A stretch of DNA of 64,000 nt from Vicinamibacterales bacterium (GCA_030827135.1 JAURFE010000002.1:146715-210714), one strand, 5' to 3'; positions 51,433 through 62,029 are shown, counted from the first letter of the stretch. Notes: generated by a model from the letters alone, not told the origin. Numbers and translations: made by a program.

Positions 51433-53547
51433 ATGCACACTGCCGCTTCCACAGACGCTGCCTACGAGGGCCTGACGCGCACGGACCTCCTCAAGGTGTA
51501 CCGCACGATGCTGACGTCACGTCGCATCGACGACAAGGAAATCCAGCTCAAGAATCAGAGCCTCATCTTCTTCCAGATCAGCGGCGCCGGCCATGAGGCG
51601 GTCCTGACCGCCACGGGCATGCAGATGAAGCCCGGGCACGACTGGTTTTACCCGTATTATCGCGACCGCGCGTTGTGCCTCGCGATCGGCATGACCCCGC
51701 TCGAGATGTTCCTGAGCGGCGTGGGCGCGGCCGACGATCCCAACAGTGGCGGCCGACAGATGCCGTCGCACTGGGGACACAAAGCGCTCAACATCGTCTC
51801 GCAGGCGAGCCCCACCGGCACCCAGTGCCTGCAGGCGGTCGGCTGCGCTGAAGCGGGCCGCCTGTACGAGCAATTGACGGACATCCCAGGCCGCGAACCG
51901 AAGTTTCAGACGGACGAAGTCGTGTACGTCTCACTCGGTGACGGCACCGTCAGCGAAGGCGAGTTCTGGGAATCGCTCAACGCGGCATGCGTCGGCAAGC
52001 TCCCCGTCCTTTTCATGATCGAGGACAACGGCTACGCGATCTCGGTGCCGGTTGAAGTGCAGACGCCTGGCGGCGACATGTCCAGGCTCGTGGAGGGGTT
52101 CCCCGGGCTCAAGGTCCTGCGCTGTGACGGCACGGACTTCCTGGAGAGCTATCGCACGGCGGCCGAAGCCCTCGCGTACTGCCGCTCTCGCAAGGGCCCG
52201 GCCCTGATTCACGCCAAGGTCGTCCGCCCCTACTCGCACTCGTTGTCGGACGATGAGAAGTTGTACAAGACGCCGGCCGAACGGGCCGCCGAGGCGACGC
52301 GGGATCCGATCACGAGGTTTGCGGCGTGGCTGCAGGCAGAGGGGCTGGCCACCGAGGCGGACCTGAGCGCCATCGCCAGGGACGTGGACGCTGAAGTGCT
52401 CGCCGCGTCTGACGCCGCGGTGAAGGCGGCGAAACCCGGCAAAGAAACCGCCGGCTGGTACGTGTACTCACCCGACGTGGACCCGACCAGCGCGGCGTTC
52501 GACACGCCGCCTGTTCCGGAGGGAAAACCCGACACGATGGTGGCCGCGATCAATCGCACGATGAAGGACGAAATGGCGCGCAATCCGCGCATTGTTGTCT
52601 TCGGCGAGGACGTGGCGGACGCGACGCACGAAGAGAAGCTCAGCGAAGTGCAGGGCAAGGGCGGCGTGTTCAAGGTGACGCACGGTCTGCAGAAGGCCTA
52701 TGGCGGCACACGCGTATTCAACGCGCCGCTGGCCGAGGCGAACATCATCGGTCGGGGCATCGGCATGGCGACGCGCGGGATCAAGCCCGTCGTGGAGATC
52801 CAGTTCTTCGACTACATCTGGCCGGCCATGATGCAGCTGCGCGACGAGATGTCGATGATGCGGTACCGCTCGAGCAACTTCTTTGCGTGCCCGATGGTGG
52901 TACGCACCGCGATCGGCGGGTACCTGCGCGGCGGCGCGCCGTATCACAGCCAGTCGGGCGAGAGCATCTTCGCACACTGTCCCGGGATCCGGATCGCGTA
53001 CCCGTCGAACGCCCAGGATGCGGCCGGGTTGCTCCGCACGTCCATCCGGTGCGATGACCCGGTGTTGTTCCTCGAACACAAACACCTGTACCGCCAGACG
53101 TACAACAAAGGCGAGTACACCGGGCCCGACTACATGATTCCGTTCGGCAAAGCCGCGGTGAAGCGTGACGGCACGGATGTCACCGTGGTGACGTGGGGCG
53201 CACTCGTGCAGCGGACGTTGCTCGCCGCGCAACAGGCCGAGAAGGAAGGCATCAGCGTGAAGGTGCTCGACCTGCGCACCATCATGCCGTACGACTTCGA
53301 CGCCATCGCGGATGCCGTGAAGGCGACCAACCGCCTGGTCATTGCCCACGAAGATCAGTTGACCTGCGGCTTCGGTGCGGAACTGGCCGCCCGCACGGCG
53401 AGCGATCTCTTTGAGTATCTCGACGCTCCGGTGAAGCGCGTCGCGGCGATGGACTGCCCGGTCGCGTACTGCCCCGACCTTGAAGAAGTGATCCTGCCGG
53501 GTTCTGCCGATGTCCTCGCCGCGATTCTGGAGACGGCGAAGTACTAG
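51433..53547 (+). CDS. 2-oxoacid dehydrogenase E1, fused alpha/beta (branched-chain type likely)
   Basis: [22 protein letters not shown]...[11 protein letters not shown] motif, [32 protein letters not shown]. Confidence 0.92.
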   Translation: MHTAASTDAAYEGLTRTDLLKVYRTMLTSRRIDDKEIQLKNQSLIFFQISGAGHEAVLTATGMQMKPGHDWFYPYYRDRALCLAIGMTPLEMFLSGVGAADDPNSGGRQMPSHWGHKALNIVSQASPTGTQCLQAVGCAEAGRLYEQLTDIPGREPKFQTDEVVYVSLGDGTVSEGEFWESLNAACVGKLPVLFMIEDNGYAISVPVEVQTPGGDMSRLVEGFPGLKVLRCDGTDFLESYRTAAEALAYCRSRKGPALIHAKVVRPYSHSLSDDEKLYKTPAERAAEATRDPITRFAAWLQAEGLATEADLSAIARDVDAEVLAASDAAVKAAKPGKETAGWYVYSPDVDPTSAAFDTPPVPEGKPDTMVAAINRTMKDEMARNPRIVVFGEDVADATHEEKLSEVQGKGGVFKVTHGLQKAYGGTRVFNAPLAEANIIGRGIGMATRGIKPVVEIQFFDYIWPAMMQLRDEMSMMRYRSSNFFACPMVVRTAIGGYLRGGAPYHSQSGESIFAHCPGIRIAYPSNAQDAAGLLRTSIRCDDPVLFLEHKHLYRQTYNKGEYTGPDYMIPFGKAAVKRDGTDVTVVTWGALVQRTLLAAQQAEKEGISVKVLDLRTIMPYDFDAIADAVKATNRLVIAHEDQLTCGFGAELAARTASDLFEYLDAPVKRVAAMDCPVAYCPDLEEVILPGSADVLAAILETAKY

Positions 53548-53562
53548 CGCGCACGCAGGGCC

Positions 53563-53634
53563 CGCCGTCCTCGTAGGGCGCGCTGAACTTGAGCGCGCCG
53601 TCCTCGTAGGGCGCGCTGAACTTGAGCGCGCCGT
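53563..53634. repeat. Two tandem 33-bp units, each with a GTAG-type REP-like hairpin
   Basis: cgccgtcctcgtagggcgcgctgaacttgagcg x2 plus partial; each reads GTAG-ggcgcgct-gaacttg-agcgcgcc. Confidence 0.85.
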
Positions 53635-54646
53635 GACGCTGGCGTGGGTGGCGTTGGCTGCGACCGCCTTCGCCACAGCCGCGAGCGCCAGCCAATCCAC
53701 AGAGATCCTTCGTCCGACTGGCGGTCTATCGCAGCGTGTCTGTGACTCCCTCTACGAACCCATCGCGCTGACGCAGGCGAGCGACGGCCGGTACCTCCTG
53801 CTCGACCGCCGTGCGCACACGGTGTACGCCGTGGATCGCACCGGCGCGAGACTCACCAAGGTGCTTGAGGCCGGCATGCAGAAGGGTGAAGTGCTGCAAC
53901 CGGCGGCACTCAGTCTTGCCCCGGACAACGCGTATGCAATCTCCGACGCACCGTTCGGCCAGGAACGCATCCAGGTCTTCAACGGTGCGGGGTCGCAAAT
54001 TCGCGCGTTTCTGCGACCGGGCCTGACAACGCCGCGATTGACGATGGGGCCGTTGATTCTGAACGGGGTGGGGTCGCTGCAGTTCACCGGGACCTCGTTC
54101 TTCATCAACGCCCCTGAGTCAGGCGCGTTGATTTCGGAACTCGATCTGAGCGGCGATCCGGTCCGGCAGTTTGGCACGCTCCGCGCCACCGGACATGAAG
54201 GCGATCGGAACGTCCATCTGGCCCTCAACATTGGTCTCGCGCTGCCCGGTCGCGACGGCAGCGTCACGTTTGTGTTCCAGACCGGCACCCCACAGTTCCG
54301 GAAGTACGACGCGACCGGCACACTCGTGTTTGAACGCCACATCGAAGGATCGCAGCTCGATCCGTACCTGCACCTGCTGCCCACTGTGTGGCCCACCAGG
54401 AAGATTGGCGACGGCACGTACCCGGTCGTACCGCCCACCGTCCGGACAGCCGCGCTCGATGTGAACGGGAACCTCTGGGTCAGCCTCGTCGCGCCCTATA
54501 CCTATGTCTACGACACGCGCGGGGATCGGCTTCGCACCGTGCAGTTCGACGGCACCGGCGGGGCGGCACCCAGCAGTCTCTCCTTCAGCCGTGCCACGGG
54601 CCGCGCACTCGTATTGCCGGGGTGTTACGAGTACGACGTCAAGTAG
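53633..54646 (+). CDS. Secreted beta-propeller-like (NHL/6-bladed) hypothetical protein
   Basis: Signal-like N-terminus and repeated blade-like segments (LLDRRAHTVYAVD, QPAALSLAPD, RIQVFN, ALDVNGNLWV). Start uncertain. Confidence 0.65.
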   Translation: MTLAWVALAATAFATAASASQSTEILRPTGGLSQRVCDSLYEPIALTQASDGRYLLLDRRAHTVYAVDRTGARLTKVLEAGMQKGEVLQPAALSLAPDNAYAISDAPFGQERIQVFNGAGSQIRAFLRPGLTTPRLTMGPLILNGVGSLQFTGTSFFINAPESGALISELDLSGDPVRQFGTLRATGHEGDRNVHLALNIGLALPGRDGSVTFVFQTGTPQFRKYDATGTLVFERHIEGSQLDPYLHLLPTVWPTRKIGDGTYPVVPPTVRTAALDVNGNLWVSLVAPYTYVYDTRGDRLRTVQFDGTGGAAPSSLSFSRATGRALVLPGCYEYDVK

Positions 54647-54658
54647 GGCGCGCCCTAC
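54643..54658. repeat. Perfect 16-bp palindrome GTAGGGCGCGCCCTAC holding both convergent stop codons
   Basis: TAG at 54644-54646 (+) and TAG at 54657-54655 (-). The first 10 nt (GTAGGGCGCG) match the REP-like unit at 53573. Confidence 0.75.
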
Positions 54659-57027
54659 CTCGGCCTGAGCGTGAGCGTGTGGGCCCGTTCCTTCTCCACG
54701 CGTGGGCGCGAGTACACGAGGGGGAAGAACTCGTCGCGCGCCCACGGCCCGTGCAGGTTGCTGAAGAACGGGCTCTCGGGCTGGGCTGACTGGCCCGGGA
54801 CGTTCGTGATGAGCGACCGGTCCCAGTCGGCGACGTCGAGGATCTCTCGGTAGCTGGCACCTGGCGCGGCGACAGTGCCGGTGCCGCCGGGGCGTTCGAC
54901 GGTTGGCAAGCTGTACGCCGGCACGAGTGGAAACGGGAACGGTCGCGTGTGAATCCGCCCCCAACGCCACTGCACCCAGTCGGCGCCTTGTGACGACACG
55001 AGTTCGGCCACGGCCTTGGATAAGGTCGATTCGTGCTCGGCCTTCCGCGCATCTGCGGGGCGAGAGGCGTCGCGCTCGGTCGCCGTCGACAGGCCTCGCC
55101 ACACGTCGTACACCGCGCCGGCCGCAGAGTCGGTCGTCAGCACCGCGTCCCACGCGGCCAGGAGGCGCCGCGCGCGCTCAACGTCGGCGTTGGCGGATGT
55201 CCACCCGCGAAACAACACGAGTTCCGCCTCGGCGCGCAGATGCTTCGCGTCCAGCTGCATGCGCTGGTGGTCTTCCAGGGTAAACGCCTTCGGCGTATCG
55301 AACAGCTGCAGGAGCCGCGTGATGCGGTCGTACGGAAGATTCGCCGACGACTTGAACATGAGGGGCGGCGTGTAGTCCTTTGGCTGCACGTTGTGGTTGG
55401 CCGTGACGATGAATCCGCGCTCCGGATTGAATTCCTGCGGCAAGTCACGACGAAAGCCATTCCACTCGTACGCGCCGGTCCCCGGGACAGGCAGCCGCCC
55501 CACCCAGGATCGGCCATCGGGTCCCACGGCGCGGCGATCAGGCGTCAGGGCGGCGGCCATCCAGGAAATGTTGCCGTCCACGTCGCCGCAGATCAGGTTT
55601 TCGCTTGGTGCCTTCCAGTACATCGCCTGCGTCTGAAATTCCTTGCAGTCCTTCGACTGCGCGAGACGCAAGCCGCCGAGGTACGGCGCCGTGCCCGGCT
55701 CCAGAAGCGAGGACCGCAGGACGTAGGCCTTGTGCCGCGCCGTATCCTCGTGGAACACGGGACCGTGGCGGGTGAACCTGAGTTCCACCGTCTCAGTGGC
55801 GCCTCCCTTCACGCGCACAGCCTCCCGCACGATGCGCACGGGTTCCCACCGCCCGCGGAACCGGACTTCATTCGGGTTGGCCGGGTTGACGTCCTCGACG
55901 TATACGTCTTCCATGTCGGTACCCACGATCGTGAGTCCCCACCCCAGGCGATCGTTGTGCCCGATGGCGACGCCGACAAACGGCACCTCGCCCGACCCGA
56001 TCACATTCCAGCCCGGTGCGTTGAGGTGCACCACGTATCGAAGCGACGGATGCGTCACGGCTCGGTGCGGGTCGTTCACAACGACCGGCTTGCCGGTCAC
56101 AGAGAGACGGCCGCTGACAACCCAGTTGTTCGACCCCGGCGGGTCGGGCGGCGTGGACGGGCCCGGCACCGGGAGATCCAATCCCCCCCGCCCACGCGCG
56201 GCGCCGACCAGGTCGAGATACTGCGGCAGGATCTCCGGCGTGTTGCCTCCACGCCCACCACGTCCCCCACCACCTGCTCCACCCACACCACCCGGCATGC
56301 CGGTTGTCGTCACGGTGTCATCGATGATCGACAGATCGAGCCCTTCGGGTACGGTGAGGTCGTCCCACGGATCGGGAGCGCGCTGCCTGTTGGCGGCCTC
56401 CCGCCCGAGGCGGACGACGGCTCTGGCCAGATTGAGTTCCGCGCTGGCGTCCCCGAACGTGGCCGTCCGCAGCACGACGGTCTCCGCGGTCCAGGGCTCA
56501 GGCGTGATGCCGGTGAGTTTGAACTCCAGCGGCAGGTTGGTCCGATGCGCGGAGATGAAGGCGTTCACGCCGGCGGCGTACGCCTCGAAGATGCGTTTAC
56601 CATCCGGGTGGTAACTCGTCCATTCGCGATCGTCCATCGGGCCTCGGTACCGGAGCAGCCGCGCCTGCCGATCGCGGCCCACGGCCTGCGGACCAAGGAT
56701 CTCGGCCATCCGGCCCTCCTTGTCGCGGCGCCACATCTCCATCTGCCACAGACGGTCCTGGGCCATGACATACCCCTGCGCGAAAAACAGGTCGTCCGTG
56801 TTCGTCGCATAGATGTGGGGAATCCCCCACCGGTCACGAATCACTTCGACGGATTCGCGCAGGCCCTGCAACCGGTGCTCGCCATCGAGCGTGGCCAGCG
56901 ATGCGCGGGCCAGCTCGCGCAATCCGGGGTCGGGCGTTTGCCGCGCCTGCGGTGCGATCGTGATGACAAGGAGAACGGTGACCATCCCGGCCAGAGTGCC
57001 GACGAGCGAGGGTTTCAGTCGCGCCAT
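54655..57027 (-). CDS. Penicillin acylase family (Ntn hydrolase)
   Basis: RDRWGIPHIYA, AQGYVMAQDRLWQM, GSNNW nucleophile, NDPH, FTRHGP, TANH, PGQS. Confidence 0.93.
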   Translation of the reverse strand: MARLKPSLVGTLAGMVTVLLVITIAPQARQTPDPGLRELARASLATLDGEHRLQGLRESVEVIRDRWGIPHIYATNTDDLFFAQGYVMAQDRLWQMEMWRRDKEGRMAEILGPQAVGRDRQARLLRYRGPMDDREWTSYHPDGKRIFEAYAAGVNAFISAHRTNLPLEFKLTGITPEPWTAETVVLRTATFGDASAELNLARAVVRLGREAANRQRAPDPWDDLTVPEGLDLSIIDDTVTTTGMPGGVGGAGGGGRGGRGGNTPEILPQYLDLVGAARGRGGLDLPVPGPSTPPDPPGSNNWVVSGRLSVTGKPVVVNDPHRAVTHPSLRYVVHLNAPGWNVIGSGEVPFVGVAIGHNDRLGWGLTIVGTDMEDVYVEDVNPANPNEVRFRGRWEPVRIVREAVRVKGGATETVELRFTRHGPVFHEDTARHKAYVLRSSLLEPGTAPYLGGLRLAQSKDCKEFQTQAMYWKAPSENLICGDVDGNISWMAAALTPDRRAVGPDGRSWVGRLPVPGTGAYEWNGFRRDLPQEFNPERGFIVTANHNVQPKDYTPPLMFKSSANLPYDRITRLLQLFDTPKAFTLEDHQRMQLDAKHLRAEAELVLFRGWTSANADVERARRLLAAWDAVLTTDSAAGAVYDVWRGLSTATERDASRPADARKAEHESTLSKAVAELVSSQGADWVQWRWGRIHTRPFPFPLVPAYSLPTVERPGGTGTVAAPGASYREILDVADWDRSLITNVPGQSAQPESPFFSNLHGPWARDEFFPLVYSRPRVEKERAHTLTLRPR

Positions 57028-57036
57028 GCGCGAAGC

Positions 57037-58050
57037 TTATCCGACCAGCGGACCTTCAGTGTTGATGACCAGCACCGTGTGGCCGGCCAGATGCGGCAGG
57101 CCCTGCCTGGCCAGCAGCGCCGCCACCCCGGCGGCACCCGAAGGTCCACTTCGCACCACGGGGTCGCCCGGCAGCGGCCGCGCGAGCCGATCGATGGCGG
57201 CGTCCACCTGCGCGTCAGTCACGGTCACGGCGGCGTCGACCGTGGCCTGCAGGACGGGCCAGGCCACCGTGCTGACTTCGGCGCAACGCAATCCGACCAT
57301 CGACGTCGGTGCGGCCTCCGGCAGCGCGGTCCTGACGCCGGCGCGCAGGGATACGCCCACACACGCAGAGCCCTCCGCTTCGGCGACCACCAGTCGCGGC
57401 CGATGGGCGCCAAAGGTCACATTCAGCCAGCCCGCGACGGCGCCCGCGAGGGAACCGACACCGGCCTGCACGATGACCACCATCTTCCGAAGATCCCCCG
57501 CAAACCCACCGGCGGCCGCGACCTCATCGAGGACGTGCGTGTACCCCGCCATGATCCAGCGCGGCACATCCTCGTAGCCTGGCCACGCGGTGTCGGACAC
57601 GATCGTCCAGCCGCGGGTCTGCGCATCGGCGGCCAGCATGCGAACCGTGTCGTCATATGCCACCGGCGTCACGGTCACGTCCGCGCCTTCGTGGCGCAGG
57701 GCATCGATACGAACAGGGTTCGTTCCTGCGGGTACAAAGATGTGCGAGGTCAACCCGTGGTCGCGCGCCGCACGCGCGACCGCCCGCCCGTGATTGCCGG
57801 CCGTCGCAGCGGCAAGGGCCGGCACCGGCGCTTGCGCCGACGCGAGCACCCGGGCGACCGCGTATCGAACGCCGACGATCTTGAACGCGGGCAGTCCGAA
57901 CCGCGCCGACTCATCCTTGACGAGGATGCGGCCGGCGCCGACTTCACGCGCCAGTGCGGGAAGTTCCACCAATGGCGTGGCCGGGGCCTGGGTCTGGCTG
58001 TAGAACCGGCGAACCTCAGTCAAATCGTCAGGCGCAAACAAGGGGCGCAT
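57037..58050 (-). CDS. Diaminopropionate ammonia-lyase-like PLP (fold II) enzyme
   Basis: TPLVEL, VKDESARFGLPAFK, ATAGNHGRAVA, VSDTAWPGY, IMAGY, QAGVGSLA, INTEG. Confidence 0.85.
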   Translation of the reverse strand: MRPLFAPDDLTEVRRFYSQTQAPATPLVELPALAREVGAGRILVKDESARFGLPAFKIVGVRYAVARVLASAQAPVPALAAATAGNHGRAVARAARDHGLTSHIFVPAGTNPVRIDALRHEGADVTVTPVAYDDTVRMLAADAQTRGWTIVSDTAWPGYEDVPRWIMAGYTHVLDEVAAAGGFAGDLRKMVVIVQAGVGSLAGAVAGWLNVTFGAHRPRLVVAEAEGSACVGVSLRAGVRTALPEAAPTSMVGLRCAEVSTVAWPVLQATVDAAVTVTDAQVDAAIDRLARPLPGDPVVRSGPSGAAGVAALLARQGLPHLAGHTVLVINTEGPLVG

Positions 58051-58055
58051 CGTTC

Positions 58056-59375
58056 TCAGCCGGCGAGCACGATCCCAATGAGTCCGACGATCGCCACCAG
58101 CAGGGCTCCGGGAAGCGCGAACCGCAACCACCGCCCGTAGGTGATCTTCGCGCTCAGAATCATCGCGAGCAGCGCCCCGTTGGTTGGCGTCAGCATGTCG
58201 CACAACCCCGCGCCTGTCTGAAACGCGATCACGGACGCGTCGCGCGAGAACCCGAGCAGGTCAGCCAGGGGCGCCACGACCGGCATCGTCAACACCGCCT
58301 GCCCGCTCATCGTGGGCACGGGGATGTGCAGGAGGGCCTGCATCGGTACCATCAGCACCGCAGCCGTGACGCCAGGCACCTGTGTCAGCGGTGTCGCCAG
58401 ACCGTGGAGAATCGTGTCGAGCACCTGCCCGTCGGCAAGCGCCACGCTGATGCCGCGGGCCACGCCCACGAACAGCGCGGCGCCGAGCATGCCTTCCATC
58501 CCCTTGATGAAACTCGCGGCACTGTCCGAGGGCGTCTGCCCCGAGACGAGACCAATCGCAAACGCGGCGACCAGAAACAGCGCCGGCAATTCGTTGAAAC
58601 CCCACTCGTGGCGAAGCACGCCTATGACATAGGGCACAAACGGCAGCAGCACCAGCGCAAGCAGCACGAAGTCACGGCGTTGCACAGGCTCTGCCGCTAT
58701 GGCGGACTCCCCCGCGACCCGCTCGTCCTTCGCACTCATGACGAGCGTCCACCCGACCCACACCGACACGGCCGCGACGAGCAACGAGAACCGCAGGGCC
58801 GGCTGGCTCATGGGAGGCAACTCGGCAAACTGCAGCGCGATACCTGTCTGAAACGGATTGGTGGGACCAAACGCCGCCGCGACCACCGCCGCGCCGAGAC
58901 TCATGGCGAGCGCCGTGAGGGGGCCGAAGCCAAGGCCGCGACTCAACACGAGCAGGACCGGCACCAGCGCGATGATCTCCTCGTGCATGTTCTCGAGGGC
59001 GCCAAGTGTCGCAAAGACCACGCTGACCAGCACCACGACAAGCCATGGATGTGGGCTGTGTCCGACGAGTGCACCGACGAGCCTCGCCAGGGCTCCCGTC
59101 CGCTCGAGCATCGCGAAGGCGCCGCCCACAAACAGGATGATCAGAATCACGTCCGCGCCTTCGACGATGCCGCGGGGCACGGCGAGGAGGCCGGGCATCA
59201 GCCCGACCGGAGTCGGGTCCACACGGGCGTACGTGTCCGGAATGACGACCGAACGACCGGTCGCATCATCGACGCGCCGTTCGAACTGCCCGGCCGGCAG
59301 GACCCAGGTCAGCAGGACCGCGACGGCCACGCCGCCCAGCAGCAGCACAAGCGGATGCGGAAGTTTCAGACGCAC
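58056..59375 (-). CDS. YfcC / C4-dicarboxylate anaerobic carrier-like transporter
   Basis: LPHP, LTWVLPAGQFER, NPFQTGIA..AELP, SGQAVLTMP, PTNG; multiple TMs. Confidence 0.88.
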   Translation of the reverse strand: MRLKLPHPLVLLLGGVAVAVLLTWVLPAGQFERRVDDATGRSVVIPDTYARVDPTPVGLMPGLLAVPRGIVEGADVILIILFVGGAFAMLERTGALARLVGALVGHSPHPWLVVVLVSVVFATLGALENMHEEIIALVPVLLVLSRGLGFGPLTALAMSLGAAVVAAAFGPTNPFQTGIALQFAELPPMSQPALRFSLLVAAVSVWVGWTLVMSAKDERVAGESAIAAEPVQRRDFVLLALVLLPFVPYVIGVLRHEWGFNELPALFLVAAFAIGLVSGQTPSDSAASFIKGMEGMLGAALFVGVARGISVALADGQVLDTILHGLATPLTQVPGVTAAVLMVPMQALLHIPVPTMSGQAVLTMPVVAPLADLLGFSRDASVIAFQTGAGLCDMLTPTNGALLAMILSAKITYGRWLRFALPGALLVAIVGLIGIVLAG

Positions 59376-59956
59376 AAGTGACCCGCTGCCGTCTGTTCAT
59401 CGATGATGCGCAGGACCGTCGGCCACAGCGCCGGCAGCCCTTCGCGTATCGGGTCCATGCGCCGCAGAACGGCATCACGGGAGATGTTGTGTGCGCGCCA
59501 TGTGCCGCCATCGTTGACGGCGGTGTTCTGCAGCAGCGCCGCAAATCGATCCAGGGCGTTGGCCATGCGCGCATCCGGCGTGTCGCCGGCCTCGAACTCA
59601 TCCCAGAGACGCCGGAAGTCAGGGCCGGGCCCGGCGGCGATCAGGCCGAACAACCGGTCAGCCGCCGCGCGTTCACGGTCGGCCTTGTCGTGGTTCGCGG
59701 CCGTATCGAAGGCAAACGTATCTCCGGCATCAATCTCCACAAGATCGTGAACCAGCAGCATGCGGATCACGCGATCGACGTCAACACCCGCCGGCGCGTG
59801 GCCGGCCAACGTCAGCGCCATCAGGGCAATGTGCCACGAGTGCTCCGCACTGTTTTCGCGCCTGGAGCGATCGCCAACGGTCGTCATCCGCAGGACGGAC
59901 TTGAGGCGGTCCACCTCCCGCAGGAAGGCCACTTTGTGCATCAACACGTCGGACAT
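59366..59956 (-). CDS. HD-domain phosphohydrolase (YfbR/HDDC2-like)
   Basis: EVDRLKSVLR, RENSAEHSWH, LVHDLVEIDAGD, LWDEFE, ALDR. Confidence 0.9.
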   Translation of the reverse strand: MSDVLMHKVAFLREVDRLKSVLRMTTVGDRSRRENSAEHSWHIALMALTLAGHAPAGVDVDRVIRMLLVHDLVEIDAGDTFAFDTAANHDKADRERAAADRLFGLIAAGPGPDFRRLWDEFEAGDTPDARMANALDRFAALLQNTAVNDGGTWRAHNISRDAVLRRMDPIREGLPALWPTVLRIIDEQTAAGHLCV

Positions 59957-59993
59957 GACGTGCAACCGTATACGAAGTCGTCTCCCCGGGGAA

Positions 59994-61556
59994 CTACCGG
60001 CCCTGCAGCCAGCGAGCCAGTGCGGTCATCTGCTCAGGCGTGAGTTTGTCGCCGAACGCAGGCATATCGCCGTCCGGCTTGAGTTCTCTCGGCACGGTCA
60101 TCTGTCGCACAATCATGGCGACATCCTGCTCCATGCCGATGCCGGTGAGGCCGGGACCTTCAGTGCCGCCAACGGGTCCAAGCACGTGGCAACGCAGACA
60201 GTGACGATTAAACAACACCGCCAGGTCCCCATCGTCATTCGCAGCGGGCAGGGGACTGCCTGATCGGCCGCGCGCGAGCGCGGCAAGGATCGCCGACACA
60301 TCATGTGGGTCGGTCGGAGGTACCGGGCGCAGACCTGGAGCAATCATCTCCGGGTCGGCCAGATGCGAGGCCACCCAGTCGCGCGGCCGTGTCACTCGCA
60401 CCGGCTCAATGGGACCGGCGACACCCGCAGCGGTGTGGCACGTGGCGCAGGTGCCTGTCTGGATCAACACGGCACCGGCCTGTTCCCGAACGTTCCACTC
60501 CGCGCCCGATGACGGAGGTTTGTCCATGGCGCCGAGGACGGTCAGGGTGGTGATCGACACGAGACCGGTGGCGAACACGCCCAGCAACACGCGGCGTTCA
60601 CGCAGTCCGCGCGTCCGGGCCCGGTCGAGCCACGGCAACAGCGCGAGCAGCGTCATCACCACGCCGGGGATGATGATGGCGCCGACGATTTCAAGTCTGC
60701 CCGGGAAGTACTTCAGCAGTTCAAACAGTCCGAGGAAATACCACTCCGGCCGCGGAATGTAATCGCTGGACGTGGGGTCGGCCGGCGGCTCGAGCGGCGG
60801 CGCGCCCTGCCACGCGAACACGGCCAGCGCGATGCCCGCAACGAGGGCGACCGTCAGATCCCGCGCGGCCTGATAGGGAAAAAACGTCTGCGCGTCGCCG
60901 GCCTTCGGTGTAATCGGACCCGAAATGCCATGGCGGCGCATGAGGTAGAGATGCAACCCTGTCAGCCCGAACAACACGGGCGGCAGCACGAGCACATGCA
61001 CGGCGTACCAGCGCGTCAGCGTCAACGCGCCGATGTCCGGTCCTCCCCGCAGCAGGCCCGCGAGCCACTCGCCGACGACGGGGGTCAGTTTGGAGATGTT
61101 GATGGTGACAACGGTGGCCCAGTAGGCACGCTGATCCCACGGCAGCAGGTAGCCGGTCAACCCGAACGCGAGGATCACATGGAGCAGCACCAGTCCGACG
61201 ATCCAGTTGAGCTCACGTGGCGCCCGGTAGCTGCCGAAGAAGACCACGCGGATGAGATGCAGGACCGCGGTGACGACCACGAGGCTCGCGCCCCAGTGGT
61301 GCAGGCCCCGCAGCAGTTGCCCGCCGCGCACCTCGGTCGTGATGTACCGCACGCTGTCCCACGCGTGGTCGGGTGTTGGCGCGTAGAACATGGCGAGCAG
61401 TGTGCCGGTCACCACCTGCAATGTCAGGCCGAACAGCAGCAGACTGCCGAAGGTGAACCACCACCCGGTGCCCGCTGGCAATTTCTCGTCGAGCAGATGG
61501 TGGCGGATGGTACGGAAGCCGGCGCGATGGTCGAGCCAGTCGAACACTGCGCGCAT
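59994..61556 (-). CDS. Cytochrome b (b6 plus subunit IV) fused to a di-heme cytochrome c domain
   Basis: RGLHHWGAS, LHLIRV, GYLLPWDQRAYWA, AVHV..LHL, PEWY, then CATCH and CLRCH. Confidence 0.9.
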   Translation of the reverse strand: MRAVFDWLDHRAGFRTIRHHLLDEKLPAGTGWWFTFGSLLLFGLTLQVVTGTLLAMFYAPTPDHAWDSVRYITTEVRGGQLLRGLHHWGASLVVVTAVLHLIRVVFFGSYRAPRELNWIVGLVLLHVILAFGLTGYLLPWDQRAYWATVVTINISKLTPVVGEWLAGLLRGGPDIGALTLTRWYAVHVLVLPPVLFGLTGLHLYLMRRHGISGPITPKAGDAQTFFPYQAARDLTVALVAGIALAVFAWQGAPPLEPPADPTSSDYIPRPEWYFLGLFELLKYFPGRLEIVGAIIIPGVVMTLLALLPWLDRARTRGLRERRVLLGVFATGLVSITTLTVLGAMDKPPSSGAEWNVREQAGAVLIQTGTCATCHTAAGVAGPIEPVRVTRPRDWVASHLADPEMIAPGLRPVPPTDPHDVSAILAALARGRSGSPLPAANDDGDLAVLFNRHCLRCHVLGPVGGTEGPGLTGIGMEQDVAMIVRQMTVPRELKPDGDMPAFGDKLTPEQMTALARWLQGR

Positions 61557-62029
61557 CAGATCTCAACCTCGAGGTCTGCGGTCTCCGGATTGAGCCGGAC
61601 GGGAATCCTGTGGAGGCCGCTCGGGGGCGGCCCGGAAACGACATCACCGGCGCGGTTAAAAATTCCGCCGTGGCACGGACACTTGTACTGGTCGCCCGCG
61701 GCGTCCCAGGCGACGCGACACCCGAGGTGGGTGCAGGTGGCTGAGAGGGCCTGGTAGTCCTCGCCCACCTTGTCGATGAACACAACGGTCTGTTTCCGCG
61801 TGGCGTGCCAGCCGTCCGCGTGTCGTTCCGTCAGGGTGGCGACGAACGGCCCTTTGGGCGGCAGGTCAAACATGGACGCGGCAGGACGCCAGCGTTTGGC
61901 GGCGTCCCTGGCGCGCGGTGTGATGACTGCGCCGGCCAGGCCGGCCACTCCGGCGCCGATCAGGGCGGCCCCGGCGAGCACGAGGCGGGTGAGAAACGAA
62001 CGACGGGCGTCAGGATGGGGGCTGCTCAT
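61556..62029 (-). CDS. Rieske iron-sulfur subunit
   Basis: RRSFL Tat motif plus TM, CTHLGC and CPCHGG, GPPP. Confidence 0.93.
   Translation of the reverse strand: MSSPHPDARRSFLTRLVLAGAALIGAGVAGLAGAVITPRARDAAKRWRPAASMFDLPPKGPFVATLTERHADGWHATRKQTVVFIDKVGEDYQALSATCTHLGCRVAWDAAGDQYKCPCHGGIFNRAGDVVSGPPPSGLHRIPVRLNPETADLEVEI

Noticed and set aside
56245-56300. Gly-rich GGVGGAGGGGRGGRGG stretch in the acylase
   Set aside because: It lies in the spacer before the GSNNW cleavage site, where low-complexity sequence is tolerated.
55033-58140. 1035-aa plus-strand ORF
   Set aside because: Antisense shadow of the acylase and PLP-enzyme genes; Arg/Gly-rich with no motifs, as expected from high-GC codon bias.
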